DNA from: Heptranchias perlo
Lineage: Eukaryota
Length of the DNA: 64,000 bases
Assembly: GCF_035084215.1 (NCBI RefSeq)
Contig: NW_027139666.1
Location: forward strand, 2,170,001 to 2,234,000
Reading direction: 5' to 3'
Shown: positions 11,920 through 23,953 of the stretch, piece after piece
How the letters are laid out: each line of letters starts with the position of its first letter
Numbering within the stretch: position 1 is the first letter of the stretch
Program-made: the position numbers and the translations under genes
Notes under the pieces: generated by a model
The model's input: only the letters and a program-made list of their open reading frames with translations
Database searches by the model: none
What the model was told of the DNA's origin: nothing

Positions 11920-13077
11920 CTGTAATTAATAGAATACATCGAGCAAATAAGAACTGTTTTGAATATGTCAAATCGATCGAGGAAAAACACATTAGCCTTA
12001 GAGAGTGTGCAGAGGAGATTGACCAGAATGACACCAGGGGTGAGGGACTTCAGATACGCGGAGTGATTGGAGAAGCTGGGACTGTTCTCCTTAGAGCAGG
12101 GAAGGTTGAGGAGAGATTTAATTGAGGTGTTCAAAATGATGAAGTGTTTTGATGGAATAGATGTGGAGAAACTGTTTCCACGGGCAGAAGGGTCGGTAAC
12201 CAAAGGGCACAGATTGAAGATAATTGACAAAAGAACAAGAGGGGAGATGAGGAGACATTATCTTAGGCAGCGAGTTGTTATCTTCTGGAATCCATTTCCT
12301 GAAAGGGCGGTGGAAGCAGATTCAATAATAACTTTCAAATTATATTGATTTATACTTGAAAAGGAAATATTTGCAGGATACCGGGCAAAGAGCAACAGAG
12401 TGGGAATAATTGGATAGCTCTTTCAAAGAGCTAGCACAGGCTTGATGGCCCGAATGCTGTATGTTTCTGTGTAAGGCTCTGTGATAAAGGACACGTATCT
12501 CAAATAAATAGTGATACAGGCTCTGTGTGAAGAGACACCTCTACCAGTGAGATACAACGATACAATCTCTATGTAAAGGGAAACCTCTCTCAAAGAGGAA
12601 ATGCGATGCAGGCTCTGTGTCAAGGGACACCTCTCTCAATATGATAAGATGATACACTATGTTTGAAGGGGCACCTCTCGCAAAGAGGTAAAGCGATACA
12701 GGCAATGTGTGAAGAGACATCTCTCCTAGTGAGATACAATGATACACTCTGTGTGTGAAGGGACATCTCTCTCAAAGAGGTAGAGCGATACAGGCTCTGT
12801 GGGAAGAGACATCTCTCCCAGTGAGATACAATGATACACTCTCTTTGTGAAGGGACACCTCTCTCAGTAACATACAATGTTCTAGACCCTCTCAATGAGA
12901 TGGAGTGATCGTGGATAAGATAACATTCGTTTTGTTAAACAAATTTTACACATCGTCCTGTCAGCTGGAATTCGCCGTTTACAATTACACACCGCAGTTG
13001 CTGTCGCTGCACACTAACAACAATATTTAGATAAAAGTCTTAACTGACCACAAAGATTTTTGGCGAGCCTCCCTTAC

Positions 13078-13389
13078 CTGTTAAATTTAACCACACGTTG
13101 TCACTGGGTGGTGAATATGCCCAGCTGCTGTTATTCTCGAAGTATTTTTTGTATTTACACCTGTAGCTGATGCTGCCTTTCACCTTTAACCCTCCATCAT
13201 ATTTTGTTTTAGCGGTATCGTTAACTTCATTGAAATATGCAAACATTTTGTTTTTTGTTTTTTCGTTATTTCTGTAGAAATCAACAATGCATTTGCTGTG
13301 AGCGAAGTGACAGGTGAGTGAAACTTCTTCTCCCAGTAGAATTACACTCCATGCTGGATCCATCGACAGGGTCGGTTTGACGAAGGAAA
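13078..13389 (-). CDS. Ig exon D1 (membrane-distal) of LRC-like receptor
   Basis: 312 bp, phase 1-1, ttcttcag acceptor and gtaagg donor: SFVKPTLSMDPAWSVILLGEEVSLTC..FYRNN..SYRCKY..YSPPSDNVWLNLT. Confidence 0.88.
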
Positions 13390-13499
13390 CTGAAGAATAA
13401 AAAGGATTTCATTCATGGGAAGTTTGGTGCAATCATTCTGATTCAGGCCTCATATTGTGTCGCCTCAGCTGCCTTTACATTCTTCTTCGCGTTTGTTTA

Positions 13500-13677
13500 A
13501 CTCTAATTTTAACCTAACCAACCAGGGCGTGTAATAGACGAGATCGGGTCGGACGCCCGTTTTACACCCTGCGCGATTTTTACTCTACATTGACTTCAAT
13601 AGAAGAGTAAAATCGGACAGTCCGTAAAATCGGAGTTGGACTCAATTCTCACCGGCCCGTTATGTTAAAATGACCCC
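13500..13677. mobile_element. MITE-like palindromic element (degenerate)
   Basis: aattttaac...gttaaaatgaccc ends and a central palindrome ttttactct..agagtaaaa. Confidence 0.5.
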
Positions 13678-13900
13678 TCTCTCAGTGAGATACAGTGTGT
13701 ACAGGCACCTCTCTCAAAGAGATACAGTGATACAGGCTCTGTATGAAGAGACTCTTCTCTCAAAGAGATACAGTGATGCAGGCTCTGTATGAAGAGCCAC
13801 CTCTCTCAAAGAGATACTGTGATACAGGCTCTGTGTGAAGGGACAATTCTCCCTGTATCAAATCAGTTGCACGGCGCTGCTGCCTGTTTGCCTCTCACAT

Positions 13901-14069
13901 GGGATTAATTTTAACCTAACCCGCCTGGCGGGAAAACCACAGGATCGGGTGGAACGCCAGTTTAACACCCTGCCCTTTATTATTTTCCATGACTCGAGCG
14001 GGGCGCACAACCAGCTTTGTGCCCGATCCAGTCAGTTTCTCGACAGGCGGATTAGGTTAAAATTAGCCC
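13901..14069. mobile_element. MITE with ~35-50 bp terminal inverted repeats
   Basis: ggattaattttaacctaacccgcctggcgggaaa ... tttctcgacaggcggattaggttaaaattagccc. Confidence 0.7.
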
Positions 14070-14879
14070 TTAAGATCCATCCGCCGCTGGGATAAGTTTC
14101 TGATTTCATTGTTTCTGAGACAGTAACAGTGCAGCCTGGACCCAGTACTGTACCCTACAGGCTTCCAGGAAATAGATTGAGGGGCTTAGATGGCAACATT
14201 ACAAGGCAGATCTCAGTCAAAACTAGTAGGTCAACACAATCCCACAATCATCCACACGGATGAGAAGGGCCTTGTTGGCGAGTGAACCGATATTCTGGAT
14301 GTAAATGAGAAGGAGTGGTGATCGATCCACTGAAGAGTCTAAGCGGGTAGTGGAGTCGGGGTGGGGGGGAGCGGTAAGTGAGACGGGAAGGACGTTTGTG
14401 AGGTTAACTCTCAGCGGGAGCGGTGGGTGGGAAGATCAGCAATAGAAGAGGACGGGGCGATGGTATTGGTGATGCTGTTCGTAAGTTACGATTGACAGAG
14501 CTCTCAACGGGACGTTTGGAGAATGCCAAGAGCGGCACAGAGGGCAGCTGTGGACTTACTCACGAGGAATTCAAGCCTGTGAGAGCAAAAGAGTAGGAAG
14601 GCCTAGGAGCAGTGATGTATTGAGTTACTGGCGTTGGGGAGGGGTGGAATACACAAGAGGGAAATAAAGACCACGGAGAAGCAGGAAAGGGATCTGGGGG
14701 AGATGAGAGATTTATCATTCAAATCATCCAGGCAATGCTTGGCTCTTGCCAAATGTGATTTGAATTGCTTACAATACGAAACACAGGTTAGATCAAAAGA
14801 AGTGATGTTGCCATTCAGTCGAGCATTTGTCCGCGAAAGTGCATGGAATTCGAGGCAAACTATTGAGATGGGTAGGGCA

Positions 14880-16470
14880 TTGGTTAAAAGGTAGGAGACA
14901 GAGAGGAGGGATAATGGCTAAATGCACCGATTGGTAGGACGTGACTAGTAGTGCCTTCCGGGGATCTGGACTGGTGCCTCAGCTTTTCACTATATTTACC
15001 AATGACTTTTATGAAGGAATTGGTAATTCGTATTAGAGTAGTATATCCAGGTTGGCTGACGAAATTAAGTTGTGTAGGAGGGAGCAGAAATTTGGAAAGG
15101 GAAATTGATAGATTCAGTGAGTGGGCAAATCTGTGGCAGATGGAGTTCAATATGGGGGAATGTGAAGCCATCCACTTTGACCGAAGACAGATAGATTAGT
15201 GTGTTTTCCAAATAGTGAGAAGCAAGGAACTGTGGAGGGCTGGAGAGATTTCGGAGTTCATAAGCGGAAATCACTAAAAACTAGAGGACAGGTACAAAAC
15301 ACAATTTAAAAGGTTAATTGAATGATAGCATTTATCTCAAGGGTGCAGGATTACAAAGGAGTGGAACTTATGCTATAGTTGTATAATGCTCTGGATAGAC
15401 CGCATCTGGAGTATTGCGTTAAATTCTGAAAACTCCGCCTCTGGGAGCATATATTCGCCTTGAAGGGGTTACAGTGTAAATTCACGAGAATGATACGTGG
15501 GATAAAAGGGTTCAATTATGAGGACAGGTTTTATGGACCAGGCTGAGTGTAAAAGATTAAGTGGTGATCAAATTGAGGTGTTTAAAACGATTAAAGTATT
15601 TGATTGGGTAGATCAGGAGTGTGATGGAATACACTCCACTTGCCTGGATGAGTGCAGCTATAACAACACTCAAGAAGCTCGACATCATTCAGGACAAAGC
15701 AACTCGCTTGATTGGCACCCCATCCACCACTCTAAACATTCATTCCCTTCACCATCAGCGCAACGTGATTGCAGTGTGTACCATCCACAGGATGCACTGC
15801 AGCAACTCGCCAAGGCTTCTTCGACAGCACCTCCCAAACCCGCGACCTCTACCACCAAGAATGACGAGGGCAGCAGGCACATGGGAACAACACCACCTGC
15901 ACTTTCCCCTCCAAGTCAAACGCCATCCCGACTTGGAAATATATCGCCGTTCCTTCATCGTCGCTGGGTCAAAATCCTGGAACTCCCTTCCTAACAGCAC
16001 TGTGGGAAAACCTTCACCACAAGGACTGCAGCAGTTCAAGAAGGCGGCTCACCACCACCTTCTCAAGGGCAATTAGGGATGGGCAATAAATGCCGGCCCC
16101 GCCAGTGACGCCCACATCCCATGAACGTATAAAAAAAATAGAGTGTGACGATTTACTCTGCTGGGGGGAGTCCAGAACAAGGGGGCATAACTTTAAAATT
16201 AGAGCTAGGCCGTTCAGGGGTGAAGTCAGGCAGCAATTCTTCACACAAAGGGGAGTGGAAATCTGGGACTCTCTCCCCCCAAAAATTGTTAAGGCTGGCT
16301 GTCAATTGAAATTTCAAAACCGAGAGTAATAGATTTTTGTTAAGCAAAGGTATTAAGGGATACGGAACCAAGGTGGGTAAATGGAGTTAAGATACAGTCA
16401 GCCATGATCTAATTGAATGGAGGAATAGGCCCGTGGGGCTGAATGATCTATTCCTGTTCCTGTGTTCTCA
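14880..16470 (+). mobile_element. Degenerate CR1 interrupted by a second LINE 3' end (15612-16139)
   Basis: RFSEWANLWQMEFN (CR1 RT); the insert encodes MEYTPLAWMSA..SWNSLPNS..FKKAAHHHLLKGN with an A-rich tail; CR1 resumes at GESRTRGHN. Confidence 0.8.
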
Positions 16471-16727
16471 TATTCCACCTGGAGTGCTTTGGTGTAGTTT
16501 TGAATCCCACGACAGAGAAAGAGTATGGATGCACTGTCAGAAAACCGGACATATCCCATAGTGCCTTCGCAATGAGAGCTGCTGAGATGCAGATCTGTAT
16601 TATTGCTACCAATGACACAACACAATTGGTTACAGCAACTAACTTAACATACATAAAAACAAAACTCAATGATTCAGCTGTATAGAACATTCAATTTCAT
16701 TACTTTAGAGAAAACGTCAACACTAAC

Positions 16728-16760
16728 CTTGAGAAACGCTCCGCCGAGCCCCAAAAATCA
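16728..16760 (-). CDS. Second leader mini-exon, (V)IFGARRSVSQ
   Basis: 33 bp, phase 1-1, acceptor ttttctcattttag, donor AAG|gttagt; completes a signal peptide with exon 1. Confidence 0.7.
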
Positions 16761-17439
16761 CTAAAATGAGAAAATATGAATTAGTTATACCTCAAACAGT
16801 ACCTTCAGAGGATCAATGTAAAGACTGATTTTTGTGCATTGTGTTATGGATATTTCTCAGTGTGATTGAATTGGTGGCATTCTGGCCCATTTTGATTCAA
16901 CTCCAACTTCAGAACTTGTGCAGTTAATCAGGCAGAAATGCAGAGTTTTGCAGATTTCCATTAACATTTGTGTGAAAAAGTACTTCCTGCTTTCACTCCA
17001 AATCGTCTAACTCTAATTTTTTGATTGAGCCCCCTTGTTCTACATTCCACCACAATAACTGAATAAATTCTATCGAGATGTCCATTTGTAAATAATTCCA
17101 ATAATCTATGGCCGGTATGAAAAGATGCCTGATGGTACAAAACAGCGTGAAAATTTATTCAAAATGCAAAAAGGTCAATTTTGTTACTGAGTGAAACCGT
17201 CACTGAAAGAAAAGGAATGCAGCTGGGTGGATTGTGTGGGTAAACACTGTGCATCTTTACAGATCGCATGGTATTACAGTCAACTCTAGCATGCTGAAGG
17301 AGGACGTGGAGTCCAAATAATGAGAAGTGAATGGTGTTAGAATCCACTGGAAACCGGTACTTTTACAGACACTTAACTCACTGTCACGAATATCACAATG
17401 TGAGTGTCATCGCTTTCGAAGGCAGACTAATTAAAAATA

Positions 17440-18222
17440 ATTTGAAAATATTGTGTGGTATATTTTGGTTGGTGGAATAAGAAGGTCACACATTCCTGAG
17501 AGTCTAAATGGGATAGAGGGACAAACGGATCTTGGGATCATATTAGCAAATTATTAAAAGTAACGCAGGTGAACAAAGCCATAAAATGAAAACACTGCAC
17601 TCGAGTTCATTTCAAGAGGAATGGAACTGAAAAGCAGACAAGTTGTGTTAAACTTATATAGAAACTTGGTTAGACCACACTTAGAATACTGTGAACAGTT
17701 CTTGTATCTATATTATAAAAAGGATGCAGAGGCACTGGAGAAGGTGCAAAAATTATCAACAAGAATAACAACAGAACTGAGTGGTTTTACGTATCAGGAA
17801 AGATTGAACAGGCTGGGGATCTTTTCTCTAAAAGAGAGAAGGCTGAGAGGTGACTTGAAAGAGGTCTTTAAAATTATGAAAGGGCTTGACAGGGTAGATA
17901 GAGAGAAGAACGTTTCCAGTTGTGAGAGAGTCCAAATCCAGGGGCCATAAATATAAATATTCACCAATAATTCCAATTGGGACTACGCAGAGAGTGGTTA
18001 GAATGTGGAATTCGCTACCACATGGAGTAGTTGAGACGAGTAGTATAGATGCCGTTAAGGGGAACCTCGATAGGTACATGAGAGATAAAGGTGGAGAAGG
18101 ATATGCTGATAGGGTTAGGTGATGTCGGATGGGGCGAGACTCGCGTGGAGCATGAATGCCGGCACAGACTAGTTACGACGAATGGCCTGTTTCCATACTG
18201 TAAATTCGATATAATCCGATGT
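17440..18222 (+). mobile_element. CR1 3' fragment
   Basis: LYRNLVRPHLEYC..QRVVRMWNSLP. Confidence 0.85.
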
Positions 18223-18819
18223 AACATCAGGTTGAAGTTAGCAGTGAGAGCAAATGCATAAAACGGAAAACTGAGGTTAAACATATTGAAAGTAAATTCA
18301 CTGTGTTAACCTTTCTGATATGCTTTCAACGGAAAGTTAATTTCAAATCATTATTTAATTCTTGGGCATTGATTTATTAATAAAATTCAATTCAAGTCAC
18401 ATAAAATACATAGAAATATATAATATTGCAACTAAAATCTCCCATGCCATAAATAAGGAGATGTATTTCGGCACAACGCTCAAACAGAATGGGAGAAAAC
18501 CGAGGAAACAAACAGTCTCACGGCAGTTTTGCAAGAGGAGCACAGTACCTAAGGAAACTGACCATTCACAATTTCAGCTGGATTGGGGCCCGGAATGGAA
18601 GTTGGGTAGTCAGCTGTTTATTCCGAATAAGGTCAAGGGAGCAGGAGATGAGTCTAATGGGCAAGCTCAGCTCGGAAAGTACATGTATGGAGATCGGAAG
18701 GAAACTAGAAAAAGGATCAGGATCAGGGCTGGGTGATGGGGGGTGGGGGCTTAGGAGAGGTTGGGCGTGGTGATATTGGGAATTTTGGGATTTAGCAGCG
18801 GCATCTGAATGGTAGGTCT

Positions 18820-19245
18820 TAATCTTAGTGACTTCAGTTACGTGGAGAGACTAGAGAAACTGGAATTGTTCTCCTTAGAGCAGAGAAGGTTACAGGGAGA
18901 TTCAGTTGGGGTGTTCAAAATTATGAGGGGTTTTGATCGAGTAGGGAGAAACTGTTTCCACTGGCAGGAGGGTCGGATACCAAAGGATACAGATTAAGTT
19001 AATTGGCAAAAGAACCAGAGGAGATGAGGATAAATTTTGTTATGCCACAAGTTGTTATGATCTGAAATGGTGGTGGAAGCAGATTCAATAGTAACTTTCA
19101 AAAGGGAATTGGATAGAAATTTGAAAAGTGAAAAAAATGTAGATGGTGAAAGAACAGGAGAATGGGGTTAATTTGATAGCTCATTTAAAAGCTGGCATAT
19201 GCATGAGGAGCCGAATGGCCTTCCTCTGTGCTGTAAGACTTCATG
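18820..19245 (+). mobile_element. CR1 3' fragment
   Basis: FSYVERLEKLELFSLEQRRL. Confidence 0.8.
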
Positions 19246-19744
19246 AAGTTCACGAGGTCCTCGTATTTGTTGTTGGAGGTGAATGTGGAGAGGGCTGGGC
19301 AAGAGATTTATGGAGATTGTTTGTAGTGGACAAAAGAAGCTGGAGCTTATCTTTGGTCCCCAGGGTAATCCTGGAGTAGCAGGCGGTTTTCAGAGAGGAC
19401 ATTGTGCTTGTTCTAGTTCTGGGTCAGCCATACCTGGTGATGGATGGCTAAACCAGTTGTGATCCAGATTTGCTGAAGGCTGCACTCCTTGGAATTAAAC
19501 CAGCAGGTGCGATCAGGATGGAAGAGAGTAAAGGTTTTACTAGGGGCAAGGGCATCAACAGTTGGGGAATGGGAGTGGTTGAGAAATTACGCAGCCGCAG
19601 AAGTATGATGACAAATGGCGGGTCAAAGTCTCGGCAAAAGTGAGTGTGGCAGTGTTTATTCCAAAGTTGGAACGCAGAAGTAATTTGATTTGAAGTAATT
19701 AAGGAGATTTGGGTTATGATGGTTGCAAGGAAGTGACCGAGGCA

Positions 19745-20295
19745 TTGGCCGTGTACAACTCTGGGCACCACAGTTTAGGAAGGATGTCAAGGTCTTGGAG
19801 ATTGTAAATAGGAGATTTACCCGGATGATACCAGGGATGAGCGACTTTAGTTATGTGGAGAGTTTGGAGAAGCTGGGGTTGTTCTCCTTAGAGCAGGTAA
19901 ATGTAAAGACAGATCTAATAGAGGTATTCAAAATAATGAAGGGCTTTGATAGAGCAAGTGGAGTGAAATTGTTTCCGCTGGCAAGTGGTCTGTAACCAGA
20001 GATCACAGATTTCAAATAATTGGCAAAAGAACTAGAGGGAAATGAGGAGAATATTTTACATAAAGAGGTTTGCGAAGATCTGGAACACACTACCTGAAAG
20101 GGTGATGGAAGCAGATTCCATCGGAACTTTCAAAGGGCAATTGGACATGTACTTGAAGGGGACTAATTTGCAGGGGTATGGAGAAAATAATTGGTGTGTG
20201 TTACTAATTTGGATAGCTTGTTCAAGGAGCCAGCATAGACTCGACGGGCCGAAAAGCCTCCTTCTACGTTGTAAGAATCTATGATTCTATGATTC
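19745..20295 (+). mobile_element. CR1 3' fragment
   Basis: VQLWAPQFRKDV..; (attctatg)n tail at ~20280. Confidence 0.85.
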
Positions 20296-23211
20296 TTGTC
20301 AACTTGAAATTTTAGTAAGCGGAGAGAAGGATATTGGCAGAGCTCAGGAGGACACATGGCAGATGACATTTAATGTAGAGAAGTGTGAAGTGATGTATTT
20401 TGGAAAGAAGAGTGCGAGGAGGCAATATAACCTAAATGATCAAATTGCATATTGGATGCAGGAACATAGAGACCTGGGATACAAATACACAAATCTTTGA
20501 AGGTGGTAGTTGGAGATTAAAAGGTAAATGCCGACCCTCCTGCCAGTGGAAACAGTCTCTCCCCCAACTACGCGATTAAAACCTTACATTATTTTTTTCT
20601 GAGCAACGGGCACCAGCAGCACTGTGTTTATTTCAGGACATTAGTCTCCACACACTGTGCAGATCCTTATCTGTGATATGGTGAACTCCAGCATACTTAA
20701 GGAGGAGGTGGCGTCTCAATAATTAGTACAGAATAGTGTTTGAACTGACTGGGAACCGATACTTATACAATAGCGGTGCAGTAGCACACTGATTATCAGG
20801 CATTTATTTCAGACTAAAATTGAATTGAATTCACTTGAAATAGATAGAGATGTTTAATATTACACCTAATATCACCTCATTGTTTCAAATGTTACAATTC
20901 GGGTGAACGGTGTGGAAGGAGGATGTAAATTGAACAAGAATAAGTAAAGAATCTGAAAATATTGAAGGCAGAATTTAACAGTGACATCAAATACTTAGAA
21001 CGGAAACCAATGGTTTCAGCTCAGAAGCGCTTCACCTCGGACAAAGAGGAAGTTTAACCGCTGACAGTAAGGACAGTCAGCAGAACAAAAATGTGCTTAA
21101 ACACACTGAATGAAAATTCATTGTGCCAATCTTTCTGATTTTCTTCCAACCGATGGTTATATTCATTAATTCTTTGAAAGCAACCAATATTAGAGGTGCA
21201 GTAAAATATATATTCACTGACATTCATTTATTAATAAAATACAATTCAAGACACCTAAAATAAATAAAAATATTTAATATTGCAACGAACATCTCCGAAG
21301 CTATAATTAAGGGGATCTATTTAGGGACAACACTCAAATAAAATGGGAACCCCTGACAGAAATAACAGTGTAGCAGACCAAGAATGTGTTGAAATATATT
21401 GAATGAAAATACATTGTGGCAATCTTTCTGATAGGCTTTTAACCGAATAATTAATTAATTCTTTGAAAACCACCTCTAATAGTGGTGCAGTAGCACACTG
21501 ATCATCAGGCATTCATTTATGAATAAAATTGAATTGAGTTCACTTGAAATAGATGGAGATGTTTAATGTTACACCTAATATCACCTAAGTTAGCAATAAG
21601 GGGACATATTAGATGGTACGCCATTGTTCTCCATTTCACCACCATAACTAAATAAGGTCTGTCGAGAGCTGTAAATTTGTAATTAATTCCAATAATCCAT
21701 GGTAATTATGAATAGGTGCCCTTGGGTCTAATTACACAATAGCGCATGAAAAGTTGGAGATAAGGGGTTAATGCTGAGCCCAACTTGCAGCTGCAGCACT
21801 CTGTTTATTGTGGAACATTAGTCTCCACCAACTGTGTAGATCTCTATCTTCGTGACATGGTTAATTCTAGCACACTGAAGGAGGAAGTGGAGTTAAAATA
21901 AATTCCCAGAGCTGAATGCGCCTGAATTGTTCACCAGAAACATTTAGTTGTACAGACAGTACACACACGCTCATAAATATCACACACCCACTAAAATCGA
22001 GATGCAAGACGGAATAGAGAATGAAAAATAAGCAAGCAAACTGAAAATGGCCAGTACTGAAGAGAACAGCAAGAGCAGTTGGCTTCATGGCGGAAGACAG
22101 CGGTTTCAACTCAGAGGAGGGTTAGTTCAAAGAAAGAGGAACTTAACCTCTGACAAAAGGAACAATGTCTCAGCACCAACGGAATAGCTAAAAATATATT
22201 TACTAAATTATCCACTGAATGTGTTAAAATGTTTCTTCTCCGCTTTTTCTCTCTATCTCCCCCAAAGAAGTGTATTCACGAAGGGAGTTGCTCAGGACCG
22301 CCCTCCAATACCCCACCGCATTATCTGCTCATGTCTGAGTGCAGGGGTTGATTGACCTGAGGTCAGCCGTGGTGACCCCTGAAGAAATTGCACCTTCCGA
22401 ACGCGCATGCTCACTTCCAAGCATGGAACATATAGTATCATAGAATCAGAGAATCAGAGAAGGTTACTGCACGGCAGGAGGTCATTCGGCCCATCGAGTC
22501 CGCGCCGCATCGATGCATGAGCAATCCAGCTAGTCCCACTGCCCCGCCAGAAATAGCAGGGCTCGTCCGAGATGCAATAAGATGCGAGAAGGCGACACTT
22601 GGCCGATATTTCATTCAATGGCTTTGGGGCACTGAGCCCAATGGTGTCGCCGCAACCACTCATCCCCCTCCCCCCGCCCCTTGATAGAGATCAGCAAACT
22701 CAGTGGATGTTGATCTTTGAATTTTCCTTTCATATCAATCTTACTCCTACACTGTAGACAGTAACTGGGCAATCGGCAGACCAATATCATCCCTTTTCAC
22801 CCCGTCTCAAGGCGCCTCACAGGAGCAATATCAAACAAAATGTGACACCGAGCCGCTAAATTAGATATTAGGTCCGATGACCAACAGTTGGTCAAAGCTG
22901 TAGGAGTTAACAGACAGATTCTCAGAGATTCAATTGTCAAAGACAAACTGGATGCGAGATACTTTAATACCGAAATTAAGAGAGATTGTCCCCTCAACGT
23001 TACACTCCCCTCACCGTTACCCGCAGAGAATTCAACACAAGCAAGCAATCGCTCTGAATGCTTTCCAATGTCGAAGGTTCCACACAAAATTATGAGTTGC
23101 ATTAATCCACTGAGATACCGGAGATCGGACACCGCCGGGTTCAGTCTCACTCTCCCGCTTACAGTTGCCCACTCAGACCGGGAATTGGTATAAAATTGTT
23201 TCACGACTCAC

Positions 23212-23242
23212 CAAAGAGCAGTAAAAAGACGGTTGTATCCAT
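23212..23242 (-). CDS. First coding exon (leader), MDTTVFLLLF
   Basis: aaaATGG Kozak context, hydrophobic core, 31 bp, phase-1 donor G|gtgagt. Confidence 0.78.
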
Positions 23243-23953
23243 TTTCGAAGAAGTGCTACTTTGAGACATGAGAGCTGTAAGGAACGGTGACTGAATCACT
23301 TGATCCACCTCACAGAAGGACAAACCCGGAAGGGTTGAGAGACTGAGAGCGGATACAGAGGCTGGGTGGAAATGAGTTGGTCCCCACAATTAAAGCTACA
23401 ACACCGAGTTTTGCACAACCTGAAATAAGATGTGGTTTGGAACATTGCAATGATCTAACATGGCAGCCTTTGACTATTAGACGGTGATCACAGGATGAAG
23501 GGGTTAGAATGGATCGTGTACCCAGAACAACACCGTAAATCATTTGTGTTCAGTTAGAACGTTTGCTCTCATCATGGTCAGGATCTCTATTACTGGGAAG
23601 GGACCGTGACCCACTTCAGGCACTCGGTGTCAGCATCAAGCACCCAAAATTCAGGCGAAGGACAGCAAAATGTAACAACAAAGTGCCTCAACCCAAACCT
23701 CAGAAGAGCTATTGCATCGATCAATGCTTTTCTATTTCCCAAAACAGCCCTCCCGTGGGCTCGTTTAGTGAGGTGTTGTCCGCATTGCATTACAGACGGT
23801 TAAAAATAAAACTGTAACATCCAAACCAGCGAGCAATTTAGTTCCACGGAAGTCTGGTATAATGAATGTAGATGGAAATGTTCAATGTGACTCTGATATT
23901 GAGTTGCTTTATTCTCTCATATCGCCCGAGTAACGACTGTGAGAAAGAAAATA

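Larger units (their letters stand above)
6980..13225. repeat. ~3.1 kb tandem segmental duplication (6980-10068 vs 10066-13225)
   Basis: Same order of CR1, SINE, Ig exon, CR1, minisatellite and D1 3' half in both units; offset 3127 bp at the D2 exons; junction at cacactggcag. Confidence 0.9.

Noticed and set aside
9356-13850. Intronic 46-bp minisatellite being the same family as the 46-bp histone-region satellite
   Set aside because: Same period but no convincing sequence alignment on either strand
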